Made by a program: the position numbers and the translations under genes. Below are positions 35,811 through 54,479 of a stretch of 64,000 bases of DNA, piece by piece. The stretch lies in assembly GCF_009914755.1 (NCBI RefSeq), contig NC_060941.1; one strand, written 5' to 3'. The stretch is from the human T2T-CHM13v2.0 reference genome, Homo sapiens. Positions within the stretch are counted from its first letter, which is position 1. The number at the start of each line of letters is the position of its first letter. A model generated the notes under the pieces. It ran no database searches and had not been told where the DNA came from. It worked only from the letters and a program-made list of their open reading frames with translations.

Positions 35811-36592
35811 TATGAAAGAGATCAACTCTGAATCATCCTGAGAGCAGGGGTAGAAGGGACTGCCTTCCTCCTCCCCCATCCGCTGACAGCAAATCTGCCT
35901 GCTCCATCCAGGCTCCTTCTTTCTTGCAGCTCATAAAGTCCTGTTCGCCTGCTTTCTTGGCTGCCTCACAGTCCAGTCTGATAAGGTGATCAGCTGGCTC
36001 TAGGTGTGAGGGGTAGGAAGGATGAGGGAAAGGGTGGCGATTTCCCTAGCGTTCTGCCAAGCTCGGCAAGATGCACACTGAGCACACGTTGCAACCTCCC
36101 ATTCCTGCCCCGGAGCGTCAGAAATAATAAAAAGATTTTCATGAAAATCCAAATCCAGACAAGAAAAGTGGTATACTAGAAGCCTGAGGACTTCCTGGTA
36201 GGAAGGATGACAGAAAATCACTGCCCAAAAATGCTTCTCGAAAATGAAAGACATGAAGGTGGCGATACCAGGAGCAGGATGGGGCCGCTGTCCGTGTCTG
36301 CACCCACACCGTGAATGCGTGAATGCTCACGTCAGGCGGCAGGGGTGGGCCTCTGGGTCTGAGAACTTCAGCAGTAGCCAGAGGGGCGGCCAACACCCAA
36401 GAAGACCAGGGAGCCCCCAAGCCTAGGAGATCAGCTGCTGGGACACCCACCTGGCAGGTTTCTCCAGGTCTGGCCCCCCTCACTTTGGAAAAGCTGTCTG
36501 TGATACACTTAGCCAAGTAGCAATTCCCATTTCTCGCCCACGAGCAGGTAGCAGTAAAAGAGCATTCTTGATCAGACTAATAGAGAATGTCA

Positions 36593-36926
<334 letters not shown>

Positions 36927-36984
36927 CTAAGAATCACTAAACATTTGAGAAATGCTAAAGAGAAAGAATTGCCATGCTGAACAA

Positions 36985-38296
36985 ACTGAAGATCTTACAC
37001 TGGAGGACAGAGGAATGGAACAGGCACTGAAGATCTTACACTGGAGGACAGAGGAATGGAACAGGCACTGAAGATCTTACACTATAGGACAGAGGAATGG
37101 AACAGGCACTGAAGATCTTACACTGGAGGACAGAGGAATGGAACAGGCAATGAAGATCTTACACTGGAGGACAGAGGAATGGTACAGGCACTGAAGATCT
37201 TACACTGGAGGACAGAGGAATGGAACAGGCACTAAGATCTTACACTATAGGACAGAGGAATGGAACAGGCACTGAAGATCTTACACTGGAGGACAGAGGA
37301 ATGGAACAGGCAATGAAGATCTTACACTAGAGGACAGAGGAATGGAACAGGCGATGAAGATCTTACACTGGAGGACAGAGGAATGGAACAGGCACTGAAG
37401 ATCTTACACTGGAGGACAGAGGAATGGAACAGGCACTGAAGAGCTTACACTGGAGGACAGAGGAATGGAACAGGCACTGAAGATCTTACACTGGAGGACA
37501 GAGGAATGGAACAGGCACTGAAGATCTTACACTGGAGGACAGAGGAATGGAACAGGCACTGAAGATCTTACACTGGAGGACAGAGGAATGGAACAGGCAC
37601 CGAAGATTGTACACTGTAGGACAGAGGAATGGAACAGGCACCGAAGATCTTACACTGGAGGACAGAGGAATGGAACAGGCACCGAAGATCTTACACTGGA
37701 GGACAGAGGAATGGAACAGGCACCGAAGATCTTACACTGGAGGACAGAGGAATGGAACAGGCACCGAAGATCTTACACTATAGGACAGAGGAATGGAACA
37801 GGCACCGAAGATCTTACACTGGAGGACAGAGGAATGGAACAGGCACCGAAGATCTTACACTGGAGGACAGAGGAATGGAACAGGCACCGAAGATCTTACA
37901 CTGGAGGACAGAGGAATGGAACAGGCACTGAAGATCTTACACTGGAGGACAGAGGAATGGAACAGGCAATGAAGATCTTACACTGGAGGACAGAGGAATG
38001 GAACAGGCACTGAAGATCTTACACTGGAGGACAGAGGAATGGAACAGGCACTGAAGATCTTACACTGGAGGACAGAGGAATGGAACAGGCACTGAAGATC
38101 TTACACTGGAGGACAGAGGAATGGAACAGGCACTGAAGAGCTTACACTTGAGGACAGAGAAATGGAACAGGCACTGAAGATCTTACACTGGAGGATAGAG
38201 GAATGGAACACGCACTGAAGATCTTACACTGGAGGACAGAGGAATGGAACAGGCACTGAAGATTGTACACTGTAGGACAGAGAAATGGAACAGGCA
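36985..38296. repeat. 41-bp minisatellite, ~32 copies
   Basis: Unit actgaagatcttacactggaggacagaggaatggaacaggc. Confidence 0.98.
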
Positions 38297-38299
38297 ACC

Positions 38300-39520
<1,221 letters not shown>

Positions 39521-39732
39521 TGAAACTATAGATTTATATAAATACACACACAAATCCGGAGAGATAGGATTAAAACTATAGATTTATGTAAATACACACA
39601 CAAATCCAGAGCGATAGCCACTGAAACTACAGATTTATGTAAATACACACACACAAATCCGGAGCGATAGCCATTAAACTACAGATTTACGTAAATACAC
39701 ACACACAAATCCGCAGTGATAGCCATTAAACT
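39521..39732. repeat. ~50-bp tandem repeat, ~4 copies
   Basis: aaacta(t/c)agatttatgtaaatacacacacaaatccggagcgatagccatt. Confidence 0.85.
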
Positions 39733-39844
39733 GATAACAATTACCACCTCTGAGGACAACAATGGGATTCTGAAGTCTAGGTAAAGGGAACTTAGGTTTC
39801 ACCTGTATACATATTTGACCTTTTTAAACAATAGAAGATGTGGA

Positions 39845-40095
39845 ACCAGGTGCAGTGGCTCACGCCTGTAACCCCGATGCACTGGGAGCCCAAGACCAGC
39901 CCTGGGCCACAGAGTGAGACCCTGTCTCTACAAAAAAGTAACAAAGTTAGTTGGGTGAGGTGCTGCGTGCTTGTAGTCCCAGCTGCTTGGGAAACTGTGG
40001 TGGGAGGATCACTTGAGCCCAGGAGTTCCAAGCTGCAGTGAGCAGTAATTCTGCCACTACACTCCATCCTGGGTGACAGAGTGAGACCCTGTCTC
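39845..40095 (+). mobile_element. Alu (AluJ-like, left arm partly deleted)
   Basis: Consensus match. Confidence 0.85.
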
Positions 40096-40510
40096 TATTT
40101 TTTAAAGTCTATGTGTATTACTCATATAATTACAAATAAGGAAACTTAAGGAAAACAAAGAAGCCTGTAGCATTCGAGCCTTATTAAGAAGGCAGAGTCA
40201 GAAACGTAGCTGCTGCTCAGTAACAACGCCTTCATTTCTTCTTTGCTGCAAGGAAGGTTAGAATTTGTCAATTGTGACGGTCTCTGCCTTCTCAGTGTTC
40301 TTCCTGCCCCTCCTTCTAACAGAAAAGGTGGTGCATCAACTCCTCCTCGTCCTCCCTTGGAATCCTCATCCTCCTTCGCTCTGAGAAATTACTTTCCTTT
40401 CCACTGGATCTGAATCTGGGATTAAAACTCAACAGCAATAAGAAGGAAAGAATAAGGTTGGGGGGAAAGTCATCTTTTTATCGTATCTAAAGTTTTTGTG
40501 GTTCACTGTA

Positions 40511-40799
40511 TTTTTTTTTTTTTTTGAGTCTCACCCTGTCGCCCAGGCTAGAGTACAATGGCAGGATCTCAGCTCACTGCAACCTCCACTTCCCAGGTTC
40601 AAGTGACTCCTGCCTCAGCTTCCCGAGTAGCTGGGATTACAGGCACCTGCCACCATGTCCAGATAATTTTTGTATTTTTAGTAGAGACGGGGTTTCGCCA
40701 TGTTGGCCAGGCTGGCCTCGAACTCCTGACCTCGGGTGATCCACCCGCCTCGGCCTCCCAAAGTGCTGGGATTACAGGTGTGAGCCACCATACCCGGCC
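40511..40799 (-). mobile_element. Alu (AluS-like)
   Basis: TSD tcactgtatttt. Confidence 0.93.
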
Positions 40800-41292
40800 G
40801 TGGCTCACTGTATTTTCTAAAGACCGCCACAGCAATCTATCCCATCCCACATGCTTTTTGTAACAATGTGACTTTGACATTCCTCCCGTTAGTGGGTGGG
40901 AGAAGACTATGTTCCTTCCTCTTGAATCTTAGCAGCCTTGTGACTATGGCAGAAGTGATGCTATGAAATTTCCAAGGCTTGGTTCTCTTGGGACGCTCAT
41001 TCTTGGAACCAGCCACCTTACCGTGAGGAAGTCCAAGCAGCCCGTGGAAGACAACAAAGAATCCCAGCAACGGCCTGGCCGAGCTCCCAGCTGACAGCAA
41101 GCACCAAGGAGCCAGCCATGAGAGTGAGCCAATGCATTCTCCAGTCCCCTCCTGAGCTGCCTCGGCTAATGCTGCACGGAGCAGGGATGAGCTGGTCCCC
41201 GAGCCAGGCCAAATTATACGTGCAAAACAATTATTGTTTTAAGCTACTAAGTTTTGTGCTGGTTTGTTACAAAGAAATAGATACCTAGAACA
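40800..41292 (+). mobile_element. MLT1-family MaLR LTR (its 5' tip is interrupted by the Alu at 40511)
   Basis: ggcagaagtgatgctatg...cccagctgacagc...ttttaagctactaagtttt...tttgttac...atagata..agaaca. Confidence 0.75.
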
Positions 41293-41524
41293 GTTTCTCT
41301 CACAAATGGGGACAACTGAGAGTTGTCCATATATACAACTGTAACTATCTACCACAGGCAGCTTTGGAAGACATGGGAAGGGGTAAAGTGGGGGAACGTC
41401 TGCACCAGACAGTTAGATCAGGTAGCATCTGATATTCCTTCACACACTAAGACTCTGCAGTGAACACGCTGAGCTAAGTGCTTAAGCACTTCCTAGCACC
41501 AGGTCCTTTTCTGAAAGCAAGATC

Positions 41525-41953
<429 letters not shown>

Positions 41954-42378
41954 CTAAAGACGCAAGATACAGACACAGAACAACCCACGCTAGCTCTCAA
42001 ACAGATATCAACTCAGCTGAATCAACGTTCGCTGAGCACTGAGTATATAAGCTGCTGTGCGTTGTGGGAGGAAAAAACAGGATCTGGTCCAAATCCTCAA
42101 GGTGACACCATATAGTAAGGGAGAGAGTCAAGTACACATCTAACTAGTGTCAAAAAGGATGAACTATGTTCTAAACAGAAGTACAAATTATGTGCTACGG
42201 CAGGAAGAATGTGTGAGTGATGAATTCTCATTTGGTGTGGGGAGGGGAATCTGGGAAGACGATGAATTTAGAATTTGGGTTGGATATTATGGGATTAGCA
42301 AGCTTGGGACAGAGAACCGGGGTAGGGATGTTACTATCTGAGGATTACAGCCTATGAGCAAACCAAACACAAAGGGTG

Positions 42379-42716
42379 CGGCCAGGCACGGTGGCTCAGC
42401 CTGTCATCCCCGCACTGTGGGAGGCCGAGGTGGCTCACGCCTGTCATACCCACACTGTGGGAGGCCGAGGCGGGCAGATCACGAAGTCACGAGATCGAGA
42501 TCATCCTGGCCAACACGGTGAAACACCGTCTCTACTAAAAATACACAAAATTAGCTGGGCGTGGTGGTGGATGCCTGTAATCCCAGCTACTCGGGAGGCT
42601 GAGGCAAGAGACTCACTTGAACCTGGGAGGCGGAGGTTTCAGTGACCCGAGATCGTGCCACTGCACTCCAGCCAGGGTGACAGTGGGAGACTCCGTCTCA
42701 AAAACAAAAACAAAAA
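42379..42716 (+). mobile_element. Alu with a tandem duplication of its 5' ~39 bp
   Basis: ggtggctca.gcctgtcat.cc..cactgtgggaggccga occurs twice. Confidence 0.92.
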
Positions 42717-42961
42717 TACACAAAGAGCAGCACTTTACCTATTAACTGAAATCTGTAGGTTCTAAGGCGTCTGTATCACAGACCTCTACTTTCCCTACTG
42801 CTAAGGTTAATGACGCTTAAATAAAAGGATGCTGATAAAATCAAGTTACACACAGGGAGGAAATATAAACTATTAGATCTAAATTTTTCATTAGGGTTGG
42901 GTTATTTCATTAAATTTGTAATTTATGATTTTCCATAAGAAGCATTGAAAAAGACAGGATT

Positions 42962-43370
<409 letters not shown>

Positions 43371-43941
43371 TGATGGTTTGGTGGACACCGACCACCCCAC
43401 GAAGGAACAAATGTGACCGCCCTCTGGCCTCCCTCTGGCCGCTGCTCTCACTGCTCACAGGAGAGTGGACCAGGCATCCCTGGAGCTCATCCAATACCTA
43501 GAGAGGTCAGGAAGGGGCCCGCCCCTCCTCCTCTTTCCCTCAAGGCACTCTCCCACTTCCCCCACCCAGGACTTTGAATGCTGCATCTCAGTTTCTATGA
43601 CGATGCGCTTTCCCTGTCCACATACGGAATCACACTGAGGCTGGAGCAGGGGGAGTCCCCAGCCTGAGACGGGCCACAGAGGTGAGCTGGAGTGTCAGAA
43701 TCTTGCTAGTAAAGGAGGCTTTAGATTGCTCCTTTGTAGTAAATCACCAGCTCTTCCTTCTCTATTTCTAATGTTCTGATGTATCATTCCCTCTACAAGC
43801 CAAACGGAAATCTACTTTATAAAAAGTAGATTGAAAAAAAAAAGTGGTTTGAATGATTGAGTTCTGTCTCATAGGGTCTCTTCCATGACAGTGCAACTCA
43901 GCCCAACGCAAGCAGGAAACCTGCTGAGGCAGAAGCAGCAG

Positions 43942-44081
43942 GGAGTGAATATGGGCCTGTGTCACTCTGTCTGCCTGGAGTGAATATGGGCCCGCGTCAC
44001 TCTGTCTGCCTGGAGTGCATATGGGCCTGTGTCACTCTGTCTGCCTGGAGTGAATATGGCCCTGTGTCACTCTGTCTGCCT
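43942..44081. repeat. 35-bp tandem repeat x4
   Basis: ggagtgaatatgggcctgtgtcactctgtctgcct. Confidence 0.92.
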
Positions 44082-44356
44082 TGATGGTACAGAGCCACAG
44101 CCTGAAGATGGGCCATATTCTTGGAGTCGTCCTGAAAGGCTTCTGGGGTCCCCTTTTGACTAGCTGCCAGTGTTTGTTAGGTTCTGAACACCAGAGGGCA
44201 CAAAGCAAAAATGGTGACTGAACACTTGAAGCCAATTTGCAGAAAGTGGGGCAGGATGGTGAGACTTTCCTGGCTGAGAAGTAAATAGGCGACAACACCA
44301 TTTTCTCTATGCGATACATTTCCCGTGGCCCCAAAAGAGAAAGTTGGCATTGCTTA

Positions 44357-44473
<117 letters not shown>

Positions 44474-45220
44474 CTAAACATTGAAAAACCACAAGAAAGA
44501 AAGGAAGACGGTCAAGAAAGATGTAAAACACTTCTGCAAGTAGCTCTGTAAGAAACGAATGCAGATGAAGCAGGGAAAAATCTCAGGTTAGCAAACATTC
44601 TCACAATACAAAATAAAAATAATTTCCAACCAGGCATTTAAAATTTAATGTGGCATCTCTTTGGACTTTACTCAGGGTTATAAAACCTTCAGTTGTGAGC
44701 ATGAAATGAACTTTATTTTTTTACCCCAAATGAAATGATCCAAACAGCAATTCAGTATTGAGCACACAGGACAGAGGAGGTAAGCACAGCACCTTTCCTT
44801 GAACAAGGTGAGGAAAGTGTGCCTTCTGGTGATGAAGCCGCTGGGCCATATAAAACACCTATCAGTCAGTACTAGGTACTCAGACGGTCTTTACTAATGG
44901 AATGAGGGCCTGAGCTTCCAGCAAAGAAGACTTTCAAATCTCAAGAAGATTGAAATATAAGCTCTGTAACATACGCTTAACATGTAAGTTACTAGGAGGG
45001 CAGGAGCAGTCTTCAGGGAGTGAGAAGGCAATTTGGGGAGTAAGAGCCTGACAGTGTTGTTTCAGCAGGTCCAAGAGAAGAGAAGCTGTCTCTGGGAATG
45101 CAAGTATATTTCAGTCACCAGAAAAGCATATTCAATAGAGAAGTTGGAAAAATTCCCCAACTTTACTTACACCCAGGTGAAATCATCCACTGTGTTTCTT
45201 GGTCCATGCTGACTAAGAAA

Positions 45221-45244
45221 TGTGTGTGTGTGTGTGTGTGTGTG

Positions 45245-45245
<1 letters not shown>
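45221..45245 (+). repeat. (TG)n microsatellite occupying the poly(A) position of the RPS4X retrocopy
   Basis: Direct reading. Confidence 0.9.
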
Positions 45246-46115
<870 letters not shown>

Positions 46116-46205
46116 GTTTCTTAACAGCAATTTGGTTGCCCAGGTTCTGTGATACCTGGAAGGAAGGGAGTGCCCTGGATACCAAACACAAATACTGTAG
46201 TCACT

Positions 46206-47312
46206 GGATAGATACATCCCATTAAAGTGAGTAACTTGGCCATGAGTTCATGGATAGATAAGTCCTCATTAAAGTGAGAAACTTGGCCGTGAGTTTGTGG
46301 ATAGATACATCCTCATTAAAGTGAGAAACTCGGCCGTTGAGGTCGTGGATAGATATATCCTCATTAAAGTGAGAAACTCGGCAGGGAGTTCGTGGATAGA
46401 TACATCCCACTAAAGTGAGAAACTCGGCCGTGAGTTCTTGGATAGATACATCGCACTAAAGTGAGAAACTCGGCAGGGAGTTCGTGGATAGATACATCCC
46501 ACTAAAGTGAGATACTCGGCCGTGAGTTCGTGGATAGATACATCCCACTAAAGTGAGAAACTCGGCAGGGAGTTCGTGGATAGTTACATCCCACTAAAGT
46601 GAGAAACTCAGCAGGGAGTTCGTGGATAGATACATCCCACTAAAGTGAGAAACTCAGCCGTGAGTTCGTGGATAGATACATCCCACTGAAGTGAGACACT
46701 CGGCCGTGAGTTCGTGGATAGATACATCCCACTGAAGTGAGAAACTCGGCCGTGAGTTCGTGGATAGATACATCCCACTGAAGTGAGAAACTCGGCCGTG
46801 AGTTCGTGGATAGATACATCCCACTGAAGTGAGAAACTCGGCCGTGAGTTCGTGGATAGATACATCCCACTGAAGTGAGAAACTCGGCCGTGAGTTCGTG
46901 GATAGATACATCCCACTGAAGTGAGAAACTTGGCCGTGAGTTCGTGGATAGATACATCCCACTGAAGTGAGAAACTCGGCAGGGAGTTCGTGGATAGATA
47001 CATCCCACTAAAGTGAGAAACTTGGCCGTGAGTTCTTGGATAGATACATCGCACTAAAGTGAGAAACTCGGCAGGGAGTTCGTGGGTAGATACATCCCAC
47101 TAAAGTGAGACACTCGGCCCTGAGTTCGTGGATAGATACATCCCACTGAAGTGAGACACTCGGCCGTGAGTTCGTGGATAGATACATCCCACTGAAGTGA
47201 GACACTCGGCCGTGAGTTCGTGGATAGATACATCCCACTGAAGTGAGAAACTCGGCCGTGAGTTCGTGGATAGATACATCCCACTGAAGTGAGACACTCG
47301 GCCGTGAGTTCG
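46206..47312. repeat. 46-bp minisatellite, ~24 copies
   Basis: Unit cccactgaagtgagaaactcggccgtgagttcgtggatagatacat. Confidence 0.98.
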
Positions 47313-47737
47313 TGTGCCCTGCTCTTTCAGGGTCTGATCACCCTAGGTGAACTCATACAGGTTATGACCTGCACAGCTCAATTCCACACCTATGATCCTG
47401 CAAGCCTTACCTGGATCTTAGCTATAAAAAGCCTCTTTCATGGGGACTTCCCCATCAAGCCTTCTCTCCTATAACCTCCAAACAATCTCTGTTTCCAATG
47501 AATTAAAAAAAAAAAAAAGTTTAAGACCACCACCACTTTACCAAATACTTAAATTTGGGGCAAAAAAAATAAAAATAAATAAATCAGGAGTGGTATAATA
47601 AATTAGATATAGAAGGCTGAAGATTGGCCCTGTAACCTGATCACCCACTTGCAACTCTGAAATCAGCATCCTTTTTCCTACAAAAAAATCTCTGTATCTC
47701 TTCCAGCGTTTTTAGCTTCACTCTAACATAGGGAGTC

Positions 47738-48045
47738 TTTATTTATTTATTTATTTTTTTATTTTTTGAGATGGAGTTTCGCTCTGTCGCCCAGGCTGTA
47801 GTGCAGTAGTGCGATCTTGGTTCACTGCAGCCTCCACTTCCCAGGCAAGCGATTCTCTGCCTCAGCCTCCAGAGTAGCTGGGATTACAGGTGTGCTCCAC
47901 GACGCCTGGTTAATTTTTGTATTTTTAGTAGAGACACGGTTTTGCCATGTTGGCCAGGCTGGTCTTGAACTCCTGGCCTCAAGTGATCCCCCCTCCTTGG
48001 CCTCCCAAACTGCTGGGATTACAGGCATGAGCCACCGTGCCCGGC
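47738..48045 (-). mobile_element. Alu
   Basis: Full dimer. Confidence 0.92.
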
Positions 48046-48115
48046 TGCATCAGGGGTCTTTAACCACTGTGTTCAAAGTCACATCATCTATGACTCTTCC
48101 TGGTCCCTGCATCAA

Positions 48116-48273
48116 GTCCTAAATATTCTCCCTCTGCTTCATCTCAAGACTCTATCCCTTCTCTCTATGTCCTAAATATTCTCCCTCTGCTTCATCTCAA
48201 GACTCTATCCCTTCTCTCTATGTCCTAAATATTCTCCCTCTGCTTCATCTCAAGACTCTATCCCTTCTCTCTA
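48116..48273. repeat. 53-bp tandem repeat x3 (near perfect)
   Basis: gtcctaaatattctccctctgcttcatctcaagactctatcccttctctctat. Confidence 0.95.
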
Positions 48274-48448
48274 CTCCTTGTTCAGGCCCTCACTGCTCTG
48301 CACTGGAGCTGACTGGTCTCTTTATTCCCAGGATCTCCCGTCACTCCCCATCCCACAGCCTGTGTTTCTCTAGACAAACTGAACCACTGATTTTTCCCTA
48401 AACAAAGCCATCAATGGCAGGGCACACCAGGGGTACTCAGGTCAAACC

Positions 48449-48555
48449 TACACGAGATCATCTGCGAGACAGAAGGCCCATGGTTGATTCGCCTCAACTG
48501 ACTTACACGAGACCACCTGTGAGACAGAATGCCCATAGTTGATTTGCCTCAACTG
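48449..48555. repeat. ~55-bp tandem duplication x2
   Basis: tacacgaga..ca.ctg.gagacagaa.gcccat.gttgatt.gcctcaactg twice. Confidence 0.8.
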
Positions 48556-48584
48556 TTGCCCACAGGCTGCGAAAACGGGTAGAG

Positions 48585-48830
48585 CATGAAATGGGAGGTT
48601 GTAGAGTCAGACAGATCTAGGGCTGAACCCCAGCTCTACCACTCACCAACGATGCATCCTAGAACAAGTTTCTCAGCCTCACTGAGTCTCAGTTTTCTCA
48701 TCTATAAGATGGGTAATCGCAAAGATAATAATGAACATAAATCCTAGTTCATAAGGTTGTGGTGAGGGCTAAATTAGAGTGCTGACACAAAGGAACCAGC
48801 ACACTGCTGGCACTGAAAGAGCTCAACAAA
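48585..48830 (+). mobile_element. MIR
   Basis: gagtcagacagatctagg..tgaaccccagctctaccact...ctcagttttctcatctataagatggg. Confidence 0.75.
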
Positions 48831-49065
48831 GATCACTTCTCCCCTCACTCCCACCTCTTCCTCCCTTCAGCACAGCACTGTCCAGGAAAGCAAGCTGCTT
48901 TAAAATAAGACATCTCATAACTTGGGAGTAAACTGTCACTGCAAACCCCCTCGGTTGGAAGAGGAAGCATACTCCAGAACACAGATTAGCATCATAAGGA
49001 TATCAATAAATGCAATCAACTCCAGCAAAAGCAGCATCGGATACTCTCGCTGATCTTCACGCTTT

Positions 49066-49205
49066 GAGGGCCCCTGGTGCTGCTGGGTGTGGTGCACCCT
49101 TGGGGAAGGACGAGGGCCCCTGGGTGCTGCTGGGTGTGGTGCATCCTTGGTGAAGGACGAGGGCCCCTGGGTGCTGCTGGGTGTGGTGCACCCTTGGGGA
49201 AGGAC
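49066..49205. repeat. 47-bp tandem repeat x3
   Basis: gagggcccctgggtgctgctgggtgtggtgcacccttggggaaggac. Confidence 0.92.
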
Positions 49206-49224
49206 CACAGAAAATCCAGGTCCC

Positions 49225-49380
49225 TAGGACTATGCTCAGTGCTCTTCATACGTTTAATTCTCACAACAACCCTGTGAGGCAAATGCCATTATTCTTATTT
49301 TACAGTTGAAGAAGCTGGAATTCTGAGACAACTGACAGACAGGACATTATTGAGTCTGAATCTGAACCCAGGATCCAGCA
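49225..49380 (-). mobile_element. MIR
   Basis: tttaattctcacaacaaccctgtgagg...ttttacagttgaagaagctg...tgaacccagg. Confidence 0.7.
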
Positions 49381-49705
49381 CTTCCCAGCGCCTCCCATGG
49401 AGGAGGAGAAGGTGAATGCTGGATTCTCGGTCTTCGGGGCAAGCTTCTGAGCACAACACCGGGGGACACAAATTTGTCAGGGGAGAACTCAACCAAAACC
49501 ACATACACAGATCATGGGCGGGGACATCCCTCCTCCCTCCATCCCTCCCTCCTCCCGGCTCCAGGACCATTCTCAGCGTGCATCGAGCTACATACCGTAC
49601 ATCTCGATGGAGAAATGCATGATACCAATACCAAGAAATGTTAGAGAAAGGAAAATCCAAAATGACTAGGAAACTATTTTCAGAAAGGAGAAAAAAAAAA
49701 GTTGC

Positions 49706-50132
<427 letters not shown>

Positions 50133-50231
50133 TCATAGGGGGCTTGCTTTAGAGATGCAGATGACTCTGGTTGGCAGGAGGTGCCATTATTAGAAAAAGC
50201 TCATTATTAGAATGCCTAGATGAGAAGCTCA

Positions 50232-50363
<132 letters not shown>

Positions 50364-50875
50364 CTAGAGTAAGGGAAATACATGAAAAACAAAAAGTGGC
50401 TAGAGACAGCTCCAGTCACTAACTGTAATCAATGCTAGGCACAAAAGAAATTTCCATGAAGCTCTCCTGATTCATTGTACTTATGCCAACAATTTTTCTG
50501 GACCAAAATAGTAGAGACCTATAGAGTCCAGTGGCTGCGAACAGGTAAACACTCGGGACTCTTACCAATGTTCCTCACAAAGTTTCAACTTAAAACTAAA
50601 TGATTCCCCTCTACCTCAGTCATTACTGTACATGTTATTGATAACAGCAAATAGGACAAGTAGATCTCTGTGTGTGGGTGTATGCAAAGACTCACACAGA
50701 GGGACAGGGGTAGCTCTAAATTGGGGCAAGGGAAAGCTCTGGACTTGGAAGTTCCAGATTGTGCATTCAAAAAAACCTGAACCGTGAATGGGGACTCCAG
50801 AACTGCAACAAATCTTAAAGACTTTCATAGTAAGCCATTTGAAAACCAATGAAATGCACTTAGAAAGGAACACTG

Positions 50876-51675
<800 letters not shown>

Positions 51676-51813
51676 CTAATGGTGAGCCCAGCATTTCCAC
51701 TGAAATAAAAACCTACAAGGACAGATGCTACACAATGAAAGTATTACAACACAGCTGCAGCTTCTGCTAGGAGGGGAAGCAACATGAGGGCAGTTGTGAC
51801 ATGTGGAGACCAG

Positions 51814-52143
51814 AAAGTTCCTGTGAGTGCCAGCAGGCCACAGACGTGTACAGACCAAATGCACTGGACCGTCCGTGAGTAAAGACTACCCACAGCTAAA
51901 GTACCTGTGAGTGCCAGCAGCCCACAGACGTGTATCGACCACATGCACTGGACCATCCGTGAGTAAAGACTACCTACAGCTAAAGTACCTGTGAGTGCCA
52001 GCAGCCCACAGACGTGTATAGACCACAGGCACTGGACCGTCCGTGAGTAAAGACTACCTACAGCTAAAGTGTCTGTGAGCGTGTCAGCAGGCCACGGATG
52101 TGTATAGACCACATGCACTGGACTGTCCGTGACTAAAGACTAT
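51814..52143. repeat. 84-bp tandem repeat x~4
   Basis: aaagtacctgtgagtgccagcagcccacagacgtgtatagaccacatgcactggaccgtccgtgagtaaagactacctacagct. Confidence 0.92.
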
Positions 52144-52189
52144 GAATTCCTGAGGCAGTTATAGTTCTAGGCACGAGTCAGCATCTCCT

Positions 52190-53460
<1,271 letters not shown>

Positions 53461-53475
53461 CGTTACGGGTGCCTG

Positions 53476-54178
53476 TGCTATGGCTGGAATGCATCCCCAA
53501 AGTTCATGTGTTGGAAACATAATCCCCAATGCAATGGTGTTGGCAGGTGGGGCCTTTACGAGGTGACCAGGTCATGAGGGGTTTGCCCTCACGAACAAAT
53601 GAATGGCATTATCTCGGGAGTGGGTTCTTGATAAAAGGATCTGTTCAGCCACTTTCTCGTGCATGCACACACTTTCTTGCCTTCCAACTCTGCCATGGGA
53701 CGACGCAGTGAGAAGGCCCTCGCCGCAGGACGACATGGTGAGAAGGCGCTCGCCGCGGGACGACGCAGTGAGAAAGCCCTCGCCGTGGGAAGATGCGGTA
53801 AGAAGCCCTTGCCTGATGTGGGCCCCTTGACCTTGGACTTCCCAGCCTCCAGAATTATAAGAAATCTCTTTTCTTTATAAATGATTCAGTCTGTACTATT
53901 CTGTTACAGTAACATAAAACAGACTAAGAAAACTGGTATCAAGAAGTGGGCTACTGCTATAGTAAATACCTGAAAACATGGCTTTGGAGCTGGGTGATGG
54001 ACAGATGTGGAACAGTCTTGAAGTGAAGGCTGGAAAAAGCCTGTATTGCTGTGAACAGAGTGCTAAGGGGGATTCTGCTAAGGGCTCAGAAGAAAAGCAG
54101 AAATGTAGAGAAAGTCTGGAACTTCTTAGAAATTACTTCATGGTTGTGACCGGAGTGTTGGTAGAAATACAGACAGTA
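53476..54178 (+). mobile_element. MST-family MaLR LTR (to ~53929) plus start of the internal region
   Basis: tgctatgg..gaatg..tccccaaagttcatgtgttggaaac...ttggacttcccagcctccagaa...agactaaga, then aaactggta... Confidence 0.8.
53697..53812. repeat. 30-bp tandem repeat x4 inside the MST LTR
   Basis: gggacgacgcagtgagaaggccctcgccgc variants. Confidence 0.85.
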
Positions 54179-54479
<301 letters not shown>

